A DNA stretch of 63,047 nt, filler included, from Octopus bimaculoides (lineage: Eukaryota), in assembly GCF_001194135.2 (NCBI RefSeq). It is 7 parts of 7 records of this genome, joined end to end, with 100 filler letters (N's around TTAATTAATTAA, not from the genome) between each part and the next. Parts side by side here need not be neighbours in the genome. Positions count along the whole stretch, not along the records: positions 36,615 to 41,601 come from NC_068981.1; positions 41,702 to 50,166 come from NC_069007.1; positions 50,267 to 57,123 come from NC_068998.1; 4 more parts are not named here. The stretch is one strand, 5' to 3'. This document shows positions 39,474 to 52,870 of the stretch, one piece after another. Within the stretch, counting starts at the first letter, position 1; every line of letters starts with the position of its first letter. A model generated the notes under the pieces. That model did no database searches, was not told the DNA's origin, and saw nothing but the letters and a program-made list of their open reading frames with translations. The translations under genes were made by a program, and so were the position numbers.

Positions 39474-40768
39474 TTATATATATATATGTATGTATGTATA
39501 TATATATGTATATATATCCATATATATNNNNNNNNNNNNNNNNNNNNNNNNNNNNNNNNNNNNNNNNNNNNNNNNNNNNNNNNNNNNNNNNNNNNNNNNN
39601 NNNNNNNNNNNNNNNNNNNNNNNNNNNNNNNNNNNNNNNNNNNNNNNNNNNNNNNNNNNNNNNNNNNNNNNNNNNNNNNNNNNNNNNNNNNNNNNNNNNN
39701 NNNNNNNNNNNNNNNNNNNNNNNNNNNNNNNNNNNNNNNNNNNNNNNNNNNNNNNNNNNNNNNNNNNNNNNNNNNNNNNNNNNNNNNNNNNNNNNNNNNN
39801 NNNNNNNNNNNNNNNNNNNNNNNNNNNNNNNNNNNNNNNNNNNNNNNNNNNNNNNNNNNNNNNNNNNNNATATATATATATATAAGACGAAGTGAGAAAA
39901 ACCAAAAAAGGAAAAAAGAAAAGAAATGCCTGAACAGAATGGAAAAACAACAAACCAATTTAATGATAAACGGAATGAGATATAAAGAGAAAAGTGGAAA
40001 AAAAAAACAATTAGAATAAACACAAAAAAAGATGTGATTAAGAAAAGGTGAGAATAAAGGAATTAAAAGAGAACATTAAAAAAAAAACGTTAAACAAGGT
40101 AACGTTGAGCGAAAGACCGGAATATTGAACAATCGAATGTACGTACGGAGAATGTGCAGAGTCGGAGACGCAAACCAGGCGAGGACACACACAAACACAC
40201 ACACAGGGGTAGGGAGAGTGAGAGTATATCGGAAGAAATGAAAATGATCTAAGAAGTAAAATTGAGTACAGAAATAAGAATCGTAGATAGGCTAAAAATA
40301 AATTGAATAAACGGGGTTATAGTTGTATTGTCTAATTTATCAGGTTCTACAAATTAGTTTTCTTTAGAACTTCCACATCTAACCTTTGGAAACACATTGC
40401 GGACGAAACATAATGGAAAAGTTCTCTTCGTAGAATTTTAACACGTATAGAGGTATCAAGTGATAAATTCTGTGATGGATCGATCGAGAGCCGAACTGAT
40501 AAAATAGATTGATTGATAAATAGATAGATATGTACATACCTAAATAAACAAAGACTAATATTGTACATACATATATAAATATGAGTGTGTGTGTGTGTGT
40601 ATACATACATGCAAAGACACATATATATGTATATATGTATATATATATATATATATACATATATATGTNNNNNNNNNNNNNNNNNNNNNNNNNNNNNNNN
40701 NNNNNNNNNNNNNNNNNNNNNNNNNNNNNNNNNNNNNNNNNNNNNNNNNNNNNNNNNNNNNNNNNNNN

Positions 40769-40807
<39 letters not shown>

Positions 40808-41466
40808 CCGATAAATAGATGCAAGTGTGTATGTAAGCATGTATGTATGTGTGTATAACTTACTTTTTCAAATACATGGTTTCCGGTTCAATCCAATTCC
40901 GTGGTACCATCGAGAAAACTCCGACCAACCGATGATTTTGGGTGAAATTTACTACACGGAAAATCGTGCGGGCTAAGATGTATACATATACATATATACA
41001 CGCATTGGCTCGTAATGAGACGCAGTTTAGGGCAGCTATGTCAAATTCTCTTATACACCAGATGTGCCATCAAAACTCTTGATTGGACCATATCAGGTGG
41101 GCGAGAAGAGCCATGCAAGGAACGTGAAGAGAGCACAGCATAAAGACGGAAAATCACGGTGGTGCACCAGCATGACCGCAGCCACTTGGCTGAAACACAT
41201 AAATAAATAAATAAATAAACATACATACATACATACATACATACATGTAACACACTTCCTAAATACGAATTTTGAGAACTTAGCCTTCTCAAAACCAGAA
41301 TAGAGAAAGCTGATTTGAAGACTACAGATTCAAGCCATCACTGGAATTGTAAAACTCTGTAAAACTTTCCAGAAGTTTATCATTTACGTATGTATGTGCA
41401 TGTCTATATATGCATGCAAATGCATAGACAAGTTTCCATGTATACATACATACATACAAAAATAGA

Positions 41467-41601
41467 CTGTTGTTGATGTTGAAATTCCTATGAAAGGAAT
41501 ATAGGTTAAAAATCGGTATGAAAGGATATAGGTTAGAAATCGCTTCTTTTTCTGTTGGCAAGAAATCTTGAAATAAAACTGAATAATGACATACATACAT
41601 A
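41467..41601 (+). mobile_element. Short retroelement 3' end with (TACA)n tail, copy 3
   Basis: Same sequence as 388-510, with an internal ~27-bp duplication 'tatgaaagga(a)tataggtta(g)aaatcg'. Confidence 0.7.
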
Positions 41602-41701
41602 NNNNNNNNNNNNNNNNNNNNNNNNNNNNNNNNNNNNNNNNNNNNTTAATTAATTAANNNNNNNNNNNNNNNNNNNNNNNNNNNNNNNNNNNNNNNNNNN
41701 N

Positions 41702-41775
<74 letters not shown>

Positions 41776-42199
41776 TACATACAGATAAAGAAGTATACAA
41801 ACACATCCACATATGTCTATGTGTATAAATGTACACGTGCACACACACACACACATATGTGTGTGTGTGTGTATATACAGACAGACATATAGCTATCTAT
41901 TCATAAGAATATACACATACACTTATGTACACGAGTATGTACAATATGTACATTCGTATTTATGTATAGGTATGCAGACTTTCGTAGTAGTTCGAGGAAA
42001 GCATTGTCTCGAAGCTATCTGTATATATATATATACACACATACATAATTCATACATTCATACATACGTACACACACATATATATTTACTTGTGTAAACG
42101 CGCGTTTATGTATGCATTTAAACATACATGCATACATATATATATATTTATATATATATATATACATGTATTTGTACACACGTATATATATGCATATGC

Positions 42200-42252
<53 letters not shown>

Positions 42253-42303
42253 NNNNNNNNNNNNNNNNNNNNNNNTATACCTATATGTATGTGTATATAT
42301 ACA

Positions 42304-42339
<36 letters not shown>

Positions 42340-43276
42340 CATATATACATATGTATATATATGTATACATACACACTCGCACACACATACGCACCCCCGC
42401 CCACACACACATATATACGGTACCCGTTTATCTACGTATACCTGTGTATCTGTATACATTTCATTGGACTCGTGTATGCAACTGTGTATGCATGTACTAA
42501 TACATACAAACATGCATACACATACGCCTCTGTTTGTGCGCATGCGCAAATGTATGCATGCGTAAGTGTATACACGTATGTGTGCACAAGTATGACTGTA
42601 TGTATAATTTAAATAGGTTTTTTTTTCACAGCGATTTTTCTCGCTGTGTGATGGTTTTTGCTTAGTTAGACTAAAATTCGACAGCTGGTATGCATTACAG
42701 TTAGTATCCAATCACATGGTACAGATAACGTCTATGGCCAATAGCTGAAAGCTAATCGTAGTGAATAATGGCGGATAGCATCTTCGTGCGTTGAGATCGA
42801 GGTCAATATCCTTCTCATCGTTAATATAGTGTGGTTCGCATATACAAAGGGTACGATGTAACTCCCTTTATAATCTTTCTTTTGGTAGCATGAATAGTTA
42901 ATCAATTTGCGCTCAATATTAGATATTTGGTGGTGCTTGGTGTAGTTATTGCATGAGCACTTTTGTTAAACAATCAGCTGTACATCTTCAGACGTGGAAT
43001 GGAGCATACTCTCCAAACTGCTACGCGGCTCTTGCTTATTGCTACATGAAGTCGATAGCCCACAGCGATGGCCACACTATGATACCTAACTTTTAGCTAG
43101 TGAGCAAAATGAAACAAAGACTACCAGCAATCTCGGAAGTCTTGCTAACACAGGCCATCAAACTTTTAGTGTACGGATAGTCATGCACCTCCAGATATAT
43201 CTTTAGTAATTCGATCAGTTTTCGTTGTGTAACTACACGTGGTAGCCGAACTTTATAAAGCCAATTACAAATTACC

Positions 43277-43309
<33 letters not shown>

Positions 43310-43737
43310 TATATNNNNNNNNNNNNNNNNNNNNNNNNNNNNNNNNNNNNNNNNNNNNNNNNNNNNNNNNNNNNNNNNNNNNNNNNNNNNNNNNNNNNNN
43401 NNNNNNNNNNNNNNNNNNNNNNNNNNNNNNNNNNNNNNNNNNNNNNNNNNNNNNNNNNNNNNNNNNNNNNNNNNNNNNNNNNNNNNNNNNNNNNNNNNNN
43501 NNNNNNNNNNNNNNNNNNNNNNNNNNNNNNNNNNNNNNNNNNNNNNNNNNNNNNNNNNNNNNNNNNNNNNNNNNNNNNNNNNNNNNNNNNNNNNNNNNNN
43601 NNNNNNNNNNNNNNNNNNNNNNNNNNNNNNNNNNNNNNNNNNNNNNNNNNNNNNNNNNNNNNNNNNNNNNNNNNNNNNNNNNNNNNNNNNNNNNNNNNNN
43701 NNNNNNNNNNNNNNNNNNNNNNNNNNNNNNNNNNNNN

Positions 43738-43784
<47 letters not shown>

Positions 43785-44187
43785 GTATTTGTGTGTATAT
43801 GTTTGTGTGTCTGTGTTTATCCCCCCAACAAGTAAAACAAAAAGGTAATATATATATACATAATGTGAACTTATTTCCCCAAATAAGTCCACATTAATTT
43901 AACTTTGTTAATTCTATGATATCCTATTACATAGCCGTTAGCTTCTAACTTTTGACCCCTGTAATATGGACCATTTCATTAACCCCATTACCCTTGCTAC
44001 ATCCCCCAGTAAATTGAAATAAGATGTAATTCTCATAACGTATACGGAAATTATTTCTGGAAGTGACTTTTTTTACCATAAGGTGTAATCTCATAACCTA
44101 TGTATATTTTTTACTATTTCATTACTATTTTTATTATTTTATTATTTTATTTTACTTCCTCACATGTTTGATTCTTACTATTATGGC

Positions 44188-44330
44188 CTCTCTGAAGAAG
44201 CTTTGGGGCTCAATTATTGTCCAACTCCTGTTGAATTTTTGTTCAACCTCTGTACAATATCTGTATAATACTGGTGTGATGTGTAAACCTTGGCAAGTTG
44301 GACCCACCAACGTAGAAACAGCTGTAAGAG
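44188..44330 (+). ncRNA. Type-I hammerhead ribozyme motif with ~115-nt stem II insertion
   Basis: CTCT-CTGAAGA-[44199-44314]-GAAAC-AGCT-GTA-AGAG. Intact core, stem I CTCT/AGAG, internal pairing gtccaact/agttggac, and the same GAAACAGCTGTA as 16561. Confidence 0.65.
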
Positions 44331-44999
44331 TATAGTATTATTCACTCATTTATTCTTATTCATTTATGTATTTTTTATTTACTTGTTTATTTACTTACTT
44401 AAACACATGATCGTAATTAATTAATAAATAGATCCAAGTGAATGTCTGCAGGCTGATGTCTGTTGATTGGTTATCGTCTCCGTTTCCTACTTTGCCTTAT
44501 AAATTCTAGATAAATTCCCAAATTTACTCCCACCCATACCTATTATTCAATTGCGCTACTGCCCTACAACAGTAATCATTTGGATATAGATACATAAGTA
44601 TACATCCAGTAGTATAGTGGATATTTATTATCCCTTAGCTGGTTGTTTAACCTCTAACTCATGCACATACATAAATACATACATGCATATATATATATAT
44701 NNNNNNNNNNNNNNNNNNNNNNNNNNNNNNNNNNNNNNNNNNNNNNNNNNNNNNNNNNNNNNNNNNNNNNNNNNNNNNNNNNNNNNNNNNNNNNNNNNNN
44801 NNNNNNNNNNNNNNNNNNNNNNNNNNNNNNNNNNNNNNNNNNNNNNNNNNNNNNNNNNNNNNNNNNNNNNNNNNNNNNNNNNNNNNNNNNNNNNNNNNNN
44901 NNNNNNNNNNNNNNNNNNNNNNNNNNNNNNNNNNNNNNNNNNNNNNNNNNNNNNNNNNNNNNNNNNNNNNNNNNNNNNNNNNNNNNNNNNNNNNNNNNN

Positions 45000-45091
<92 letters not shown>

Positions 45092-46764
45092 AACACAGAC
45101 ACAGAAACAGAACAGTGCACGAACAGGCCCATGAAGCCGCAGATGCACATAGGCACATAGACGCATACACACATATATCTCTCACACAAGCACACGTACA
45201 CACGTATAGCATACTACAACAATACATTAATATTGCAAAGTTGCAAGGAGCGTCTTGCACCAAAACCTACCATCGCCATTGTGAGAATAGGATGGATTAT
45301 ACAGGACTTTTGTCGGATCAAGTTGAATTAAACTAGATTGCATTGAGATTTTGCCTGAAAACTGATACTGGATTTAAAATGGTGGACTGGAGGAGAAGGC
45401 GAAGAAGACTTCACGTCTCCATTTTTATTTCGTTGTCATCGTTTCTGGATTTTCAATGACGCCATTGGTGATGTAAAGTGCGCTTGGTTGTGTGGTCTTG
45501 ATTGGAAAGCGGACTGTGTATGTAGTATTCATACATATATACATACATACATACATACATACGTACATACATACANNNNNNNNNNNNNNNNNNNNNNNNN
45601 NNNNNNNNNNNNNNNNNNNNNNNNNNNNNNNNNNNNNNNNNNNNNNNNNNNNNNNNNNNNNNNNNNNNNNNNNNNNNNNNNNNNNNNNNNNNNNNNNNNN
45701 NNNNNNNNNNNNNNNNNNNNNNNNNNNNNNNNNNNNNNNNNNNNNNNNNNNNNNNNNNNNNNNNNNNNNNNNNNNNNNNNNNNNNNNNNNNNNNNNNNNN
45801 NNNNNNNNNNNNNNNNNNNNNNNNNNNNNNNNNNNNNNNNNNNNNNNNNNNNNNNNNNNNNNNNNNNNNNNNNNNNNNNNNNNNNNNNNNNNNNNNNNNN
45901 NNNNNNNNNNNNNNNNNNNNNNNNNNNNNNNNNNNNNNNNNNNNNNNNNNNNNNNNNNNNNNNNNNNNNNNNNNNNNNNNNNNNNNNNNNNNNNNNNNNN
46001 NNNNNNNNNNNNNNNNNNNNNNNNNNNNNNNNNNNNNNNNNNNNNNNNNNNNNNNNNNNNNNNNNNNNNNNNNNNNNNNNNNNNNNNNNNNNNNNNNNNN
46101 NNNNNNNNNNNNNNNNNNNNNNNNNNNNNNNNNNNNNNNNNNNNNNNNNNNNNNNNNNNNNNNNNNNNNNNNNNNNNNNNNNNNNNNNNNNNNNNNNNNN
46201 NNNNNNNNNNNATATAAGCTGTATATGCATGTTTACATATATATATATGTTTATATGCATATACATTTAAGTTTTCCTGTATGTCTATATGTATGTGTAT
46301 GTATTTATGCATACATAATACATATACACACTCACACATGCACACACATATATACATATATATATATACACACATACATATGAATATATCTATATGTCTT
46401 TATATATATTTTACATAAAGATATACGTATATATACAAATATATTTTTATATATGTATTTAAGAATATTATTTCCTCAGCCGTCATTGTAAAGATATTTA
46501 ATCCGAACATGAACTGCCTGAATCTGCCTCAGTCTTGGAATTGCTGCGATGATCACGGACATTGATTCTACATTTCTATTTAATTAATTAAGAAAACCTA
46601 CCGAGAAGTTGGCACATAGTATCCTCTTACCTTGCTGCGTGGTATCTTTGGTCAAGAATTGTTATTCTTATAGGCACTGTCCACTTAGAATATCGCTCTG
46701 TGGGTAATCCGTCGGACGACAGCCGATATCTCACGGTTTGATATATAGAAAATGGACAGGAAGA

Positions 46765-47845
46765 TAAAGAAGGGGCAGGTCCCATGGACTTTGCAGAATC
46801 TCTCCCAGATTGCTGAAGCTAAATGTATTTGGTTCACAAATTGTTGTTGTTGTTGGCACTCCGTCGCTTACGACGTCAAGGGTTCCAGTCGATCCGATCA
46901 GTGGAACAGCCTGCTCGTGAAATTAACGTGCAAGTGGCTGAGCACTCCACAGACACGTGTACCCTTAACGTAGTTCTCGGGGATATTCAGCGTGACACAG
47001 TGTGACAAGGCTGTCCCTTTGAAATACAGGTACAACAGAAACGTGAAGAAAGAGTGAGAGAAAGTTGTGGTGGAAGAGTACAGCAGGGTTCGCCACCATC
47101 CCCTGCCGGAGCCTCGTGGAGCTTTTAGGTGTTTTCGCTCAATAAACACTCACAACGCCCGGTCTGGGAATTGAAACCGCGATCGTGTGACCGCGAGTCC
47201 GCTGCCCTAACCACTGGGCTATTGCGCCTCCACCGGTTCACAAATTAGATAACAGTATATCAGTATATTAGTCAATGGAGAGGAAACGCAAGCTGAGAAT
47301 CGAACTCCTGATGGTGGCATTTAAAGTGGTAAGGGACTGGCCGATGAATGCAGGGCAAGATTCAAAGAAATGAAACAAGGACGGGAAGGAAGGGCTCAGG
47401 GCAGGATTCTGGGAAAAGAAGGTACATCTTTTACGAACTTTATGGAAGCTTCACAGACTGCTGAGATTAATATATAGTTGAACAAATTGAATATCCGTAG
47501 GTTGATCAATGTCGGAGAAACGCAAGTTGTGGAGAAAATTCCAGATGACTTGAGGGCAAATTTCTGTGAATTGCTACAAGGAGAAGATGGAAGAGCTTAG
47601 AGCAGGAATCTAGGAAATGAAGGTACAGGTCCCATGAATTTTGCAGGAGCTTCACAGATTGCTAAGGTTAATGTAATCGATGTACAAATTAAGTAACCGT
47701 AGACTGGTCAATGTAGGGAAGACGCTAGTTGCGGAGAGAATTCCTGGAAATGAAAGACTGGCAGATGAATTTAGAGCAAAATTCTGTGAAATGAAAAAGG
47801 ACTGGAAGGAAGGTTTTAAAGCAGGATTCTGGGTGATGAAACGAA
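46765..47845 (+). repeat. Three diverged tandem units of ~200-235 bp, the first interrupted by a SINE
   Basis: Unit starts 'gaagg(g/t)(g/a)caggtcccatg' at ~46770, 47418 and 47620. Shared internal motifs 'cagattgct', 'gtcaatgt.gg.gaaacgca' and 'gcaggattctggg'. Confidence 0.8.
46843..47234 (-). mobile_element. Full-length tRNA(Arg-like)-derived SINE with (AAC)n tail and 12-bp TSD
   Basis: Head (reverse complement) ggaggcgcaatagcccagtggttagggcagcggactcgcggtc..gtttcaattccc has A and B boxes. TSD ggttcacaaatt at 46831-46842 and 47235-47246. Confidence 0.92.
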
Positions 47846-47879
47846 AGATGTCCACCCGAGGATGACTGGCGAACGCATG

Positions 47880-47994
47880 TTTCTAGATAAACCTCGTGAT
47901 GTTTCTAGATAAACCACGTGATATTTCTAGCTAAACTACGTGACATTTCTAGATAAACCACGTGACATTTCTAGATAAACCACGTGGCATCTAG
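47880..47994 (+). repeat. 22-bp minisatellite x5 (tttctagataaaccacgtgaca)
   Basis: Copies start at 47880, 47902, 47924, 47946 and 47968. Three carry a perfect CACGTG. Confidence 0.95.
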
Positions 47995-48035
47995 TTTGTT
48001 TTATATTGCATAAGGGCAGTTTTATATTGCAGACT

Positions 48036-48367
48036 TGTACCCCAAAAGGATGAAAGGAAAAGTCGACCTCGGCGGAATTTGAACTCAGAGCATAGTGACG
48101 GGCAAAATACCTATTTCTTTACTGCCCACAAGGGGCTACACACAGAGGGGACAAACAAGGACAGACAAACGGATTAAGTCGATTATATCGACTCCAGTGC
48201 GTAACTGGTACTTAATTTATCGACCCCGAAAGGATGAAAGGCAAAATACCGCTAAGCATTTCCTCCAGCGTGCTAACGATTCTTGTTTCTTTATTGCCCA
48301 CAAGGGGCTAAACACAGAGGGGACAAACAAGGACAGATAGAGGGATTAAGTCGATTACATCGACCCC
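48036..48367 (-). mobile_element. Cluster of three SINE copies (59415 family), one nested in another
   Basis: Host SINE split at 'ggcaaaatacc' (48101-48111 and 48240-48250) by a 5'-truncated copy at 48112-48239. A third tail starts at ~48282 and runs into a gap. Confidence 0.85.
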
Positions 48368-49065
48368 NNNNNNNNNNNNNNNNNNNNNNNNNNNNNNNNN
48401 NNNNNNNNNNNNNNNNNNNNNNNNNNNNNNNNNNNNNNNNNNNNNNNNNNNNNNNNNNNNNNNNNNNNNNNNNNNNNNNNNNNNNNNNNNNNNNNNNNNN
48501 NNNNNNNNNNNNNNNNNNNNNNNNNNNNNNNNNNNNNNNNNNNNNNNNNNNNNNNNNNNNNNNNNNNNNNNNNNNNNNNNNNNNNNNNNNNNNNNNNNNN
48601 NNNNNNNNNNNNNNNNNNNNNNNNNNNNNNNNNNNNNNNNNNNNNNNNNNNNNNNNNNNNNNNNNNNNNNNNNNNNNNNNNNNNNNNNNNNNNNNNNNNN
48701 NNNNNNNNNNNNNNNNNNNNNNNNNNNNNNNNNNNNNNNNNNNNNNNNNNNNNNNNNNNNNNNNNNNNNNNNNNNNNNNNNNNNNNNNNNNNNNNNNNNN
48801 NNNNNNNNNNNNNNNNNNNNNNNNNNNNNNNNNNNNNNNNNNNNNNNNNNNNNNNNNNNNNNNNNNNNNNNNNNNNNNNNNNNNNNNNNNNNNNNNNNNN
48901 NNNNNNNNNNNNNNNNNNNNNNNNNNNNNNNNNNNNNNNNNNNNNNNNNNNNNNNNNNNNNNNNNNNNNNNNNNNNNNNNNNNNNNNNNNNNNNNNNNNN
49001 NNNNNNNNNNNNNNNNNNNNNNNNNNNNNNNNNNNNNNNNNNNNNNNNNNNNNNNNNNNNNNNNN

Positions 49066-49099
<34 letters not shown>

Positions 49100-49366
49100 T
49101 TGTGTGTGGGTGGGTGTGTATTTACATATGCATACACAAGAAGCTATTCATATATGTATATACATATGTATATATGGAAATAAGAGTTATTCATATATAC
49201 ATACACATACATAGATATACATATATATCGAATTATCTATATCTATATTATGCATTCACACACACATATATATATATACATACACATACAAACATGTAAT
49301 ATGTATGTATCTATGCATATATATTTCATACATATATGCACATACATACACAAATATATATATATA

Positions 49367-49411
<45 letters not shown>

Positions 49412-50049
49412 GCATTCATACATAGATATATGTTTGTATATCCATATTCATGTGATAAATTATGACAAGATTTGCTATGATATTAGAAACACGACAATGT
49501 CGAAATTATACATTTATTTCATGAAAGATTTATCACATCTGTGTTTCCAATCTAACGTATATTTACGTATCGTAGAATAAACCAATCAAAAACTAGACAT
49601 GACTAGATAAGGGAAATAAAATCATTAGTTGATAACACAAGTATATTAATTATAGATTAGGTTAAATATAAATGATTTCGAAACGAACAAATGAAACGAT
49701 TAGTTATGGCAGTCAGCTCTTTGCTAATAGCAAAATATGAGGCAAAAATTCAGCGCATTAAATGTAGACGGTATCTTAGTAACAGAAGGTAGAGCAGACA
49801 TCGTGAACGACATATTTTTCGTTATTTGAGGAATGAATAGTACTTGGCGTCGACTATCAAACCAAAAGCAAATAAAACAACGAAAAAACAGACATATGGA
49901 ATAAATTTAAAAGCTGTCGATAACCAATGTCAAATAAACACAACAGCTTTCCTGGTATTTTTGATTAAAATAGCCAAAATATATTTTGAAATAGTTGTCT
50001 TATAAGCGCAGACGTGGCAGAATGGATCAGAAACTTCCTTCTCAATTAT

Positions 50050-50135
50050 GTGGTCTTCTGTTATAGCTCTGGATTGACCAAAATCTTTTGAGTTGATTTG
50101 ATAGACGGAAACTGAAAGAAGCTCGTCGTACATAT
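50050..50135 (+). mobile_element. 3' part of another SINE family
   Basis: 'tcttctgttatagctctggattgaccaaaatcttttgagttgatttgatagacggaaactgaaagaagctcgtcgta' followed by a microsatellite tail. A more degraded relative lies at ~40870-40980. Confidence 0.55.
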
Positions 50136-52564
50136 ACATACAAACGCATATATATATATATATATANNNNNNNNNNNNNNNNNNNNNNNNNNNNNNNNNN
50201 NNNNNNNNNNTTAATTAATTAANNNNNNNNNNNNNNNNNNNNNNNNNNNNNNNNNNNNNNNNNNNNATGTATATATTTGTGAATATAACATACAAACTCT
50301 CTCACATACACATATATATACATATATGCATACATACATATATACATATATATGTGTGTATATGTATATGTATGTATGCATATACATATAGACATATTCA
50401 CACATCAGTAGTAACGTCAAACTTACTCAAAACGAGTAACAAGGCAGAAACATTATTCCCAGCAAGCTGTGTGTCACGAAACACCAAATTTTGTTTCCTC
50501 CTCCATACCAAACTTTACTAACAATTGCAGAAACATGAGATTCGCGATATTTACCGATGCCCAACAAAACTAGTTTCTTCGTGCTCGGTTCTTTTCTGTT
50601 TTTCATCTTCCCCCACGTTTGTTATCATCGACATTATTGTTGTGGTGGTCGTGGTGGTCGTCAGCGTTCTGACAACGATGATATTTATAACACAATAATG
50701 AGTCAGAAAAACACAACCATGCTCACCACCACCGTCGATGCCAAAGACACTACCGCCACCACTATCACCACCACCACCACAATCATCACCACCACCAGCA
50801 CCTGCACCACCAGCACCACCACCACCAGCAGCAGCAGCACCACCACCACCNNNNNNNNNNNNNNNNNNNNNNNNNNNNNNNNNNNNNNNNNNNNNNNNNN
50901 NNNNNNNNNNNNNNNNNNNNNNNNNNNNNNNNNNNNNNNNNNNNNNNNNNNNNNNNNNNNNNNNNNNNNNNNNNNNNNNNNNNNNNNNNNNNNNNNNNNN
51001 NNNNNNNNNNNNNNNNNNNNNNNNNNNNNNNNNNNNNNNNNNNNNNNNNNNNNNNNNNNNNNNNNNNNNNNNNNNNNNNNNNNNNNNNNNNNNNNNNNNN
51101 NNNNNNNNNNNNNNNNNNNNNNNNNNNNNNNNNNNNNNNNNNNNNNNNNNNNNNNNNNNNNNNNNNNNNNNNNNNNNNNNNNNNNNNNNNNNNNNNNNNN
51201 NNNNNNNNNNNNNNNNNNNNNNNNNNNNNNNNNNNNNNNNNNNNNNNNNNNNNNNNNNNNNNNNNNNNNNNNNNNNNNNNNNNNNNNNNNNNNNNNNNNN
51301 NNNCATCACCAACCTCAACAATCACCACAGCCACTACTACCACCACCACAACCACCACCACCACCACCATGACCACCACCGCCACAACTATCACCACCAA
51401 CACCACTACCACCACCAATATCATCACTAGTACCCTCCTCCACCACCAGAATGAAGAACACCAACATAATAATAACCGAAAGAGCAACAACCGCAAAATC
51501 CTGAAAAAGAGATACCAAATGCCGTACTTGAAGAATATTTCTATTTTCCATGCAAATCTCTGGGAAGAAAAAAAAAAAAACAACAACAAAACACTGAAGA
51601 CCGAAACAAAAATAACGAAAAAATTCCATTAAAAAAAATGTAACACAAAACAGGAAGTAAAATAACCATCTTTTTGATTCTCATTTACAAAAGATGAAAA
51701 GCTTGCGAGAAATTTCTGTAGAATATGAAGATTGTGATAAGGCGAAGAATTGAGCTAGTGTGTATATGTGTGCGTTTGTGTGTGCACGTGCGTGCGAGTG
51801 TGTGTGTATGTGTGTCTGGTGCGCGTACGTGTGCGTGTTATATAACACAGAGACACACGCATATATTACATAAATGTGCACGCACTCATGCACGCACGTA
51901 CACACACTCACACACACATACACACACACACTCACACGCACTCACACGCACACATAGATGCATATTTCTACCTACAGGGCATAAACATTCGTTTCACATT
52001 AAGAAATATCTTAATATATACATCTTAATATATACATCTTAATATATATACATATACACACACACATATACACGTACGCTCACACATATATCCATCCATC
52101 TATTTAATCAGTTTCTCTGCACCAAATTCCAAGGAGGATCGTGTTTGTAGGGTCCACAGCATTTCCCAACCTAGAGGGTCCTATCAGAAGCATTCGTCAT
52201 TTGATTTTCCGGTTGGATTACCGATCACGATCGAATGATACTATGGATAGTATACAAGCATCATGCTTTTGATCTACCCCTAGGTCACTTGTGGATTGGT
52301 TTGACCTTCAAGAATTATCTTTTCGAATCTTCCCATCTTTTCTGCGACATTCTTATCATATGACAGTAGCACCAGACATGTGACGTCGAAATTCGATTAA
52401 GTAGCATCTAGACTTGGAGAGACTCCGTGAAAACCGAGCTACCCAAAATGCCGGATATATGCATATGTGTGTGTGTGAGTGTGTGTGTGTGTATGTTTAT
52501 GTGCACGCGCGGCTGTGTGTACAAAAGAGTAAGGGTAAAGGGATTCTCCGTGCAATCTCCTTAA

Positions 52565-52870
52565 GTCATGAATGACTGGGATTGCATGGAGAAAGTTCCA
52601 CTCCGAGGGGAAAGTCTTCGCAAGGATGTTTGCGGAAGACGAACAGCCGTTCACGTTGCATAACAGTCTCTTCCAGCCACGACACAGATGCTGTCCGAGT
52701 GCAAGTTAAAGACCGATACAACTTGGTACCTGTAACATCGCAACTCATATCTACAGTTCAGCGAACTGGAGCAACTTGCATTAGAATATCATGCTCAAGA
52801 ACACAATACACAGCATTGTCCAGAATCGAATTCACAAATTCACTATTGTAAGCCCGACGCTCTAAACATG
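52565..52870 (-). mobile_element. Degraded tRNA-derived SINE
   Basis: Reverse-complement head 'tttagagcgtcgggcttacaatagtgaatttgtgaattcgattctgg' has A/B-box-like motifs, followed by 'gtgttcttgagcatgata'. Confidence 0.55.

Noticed and set aside
47150-47231. tRNA-like sequence (also 59415-59500)
   Set aside because: No complete cloverleaf; it is continuous with a SINE body, tail and TSD, so it is a SINE head and not a tRNA gene.
47880-47994. CRISPR-like regular repeat
   Set aside because: Units are contiguous with no unique spacers, and the context is eukaryotic. It is a minisatellite.
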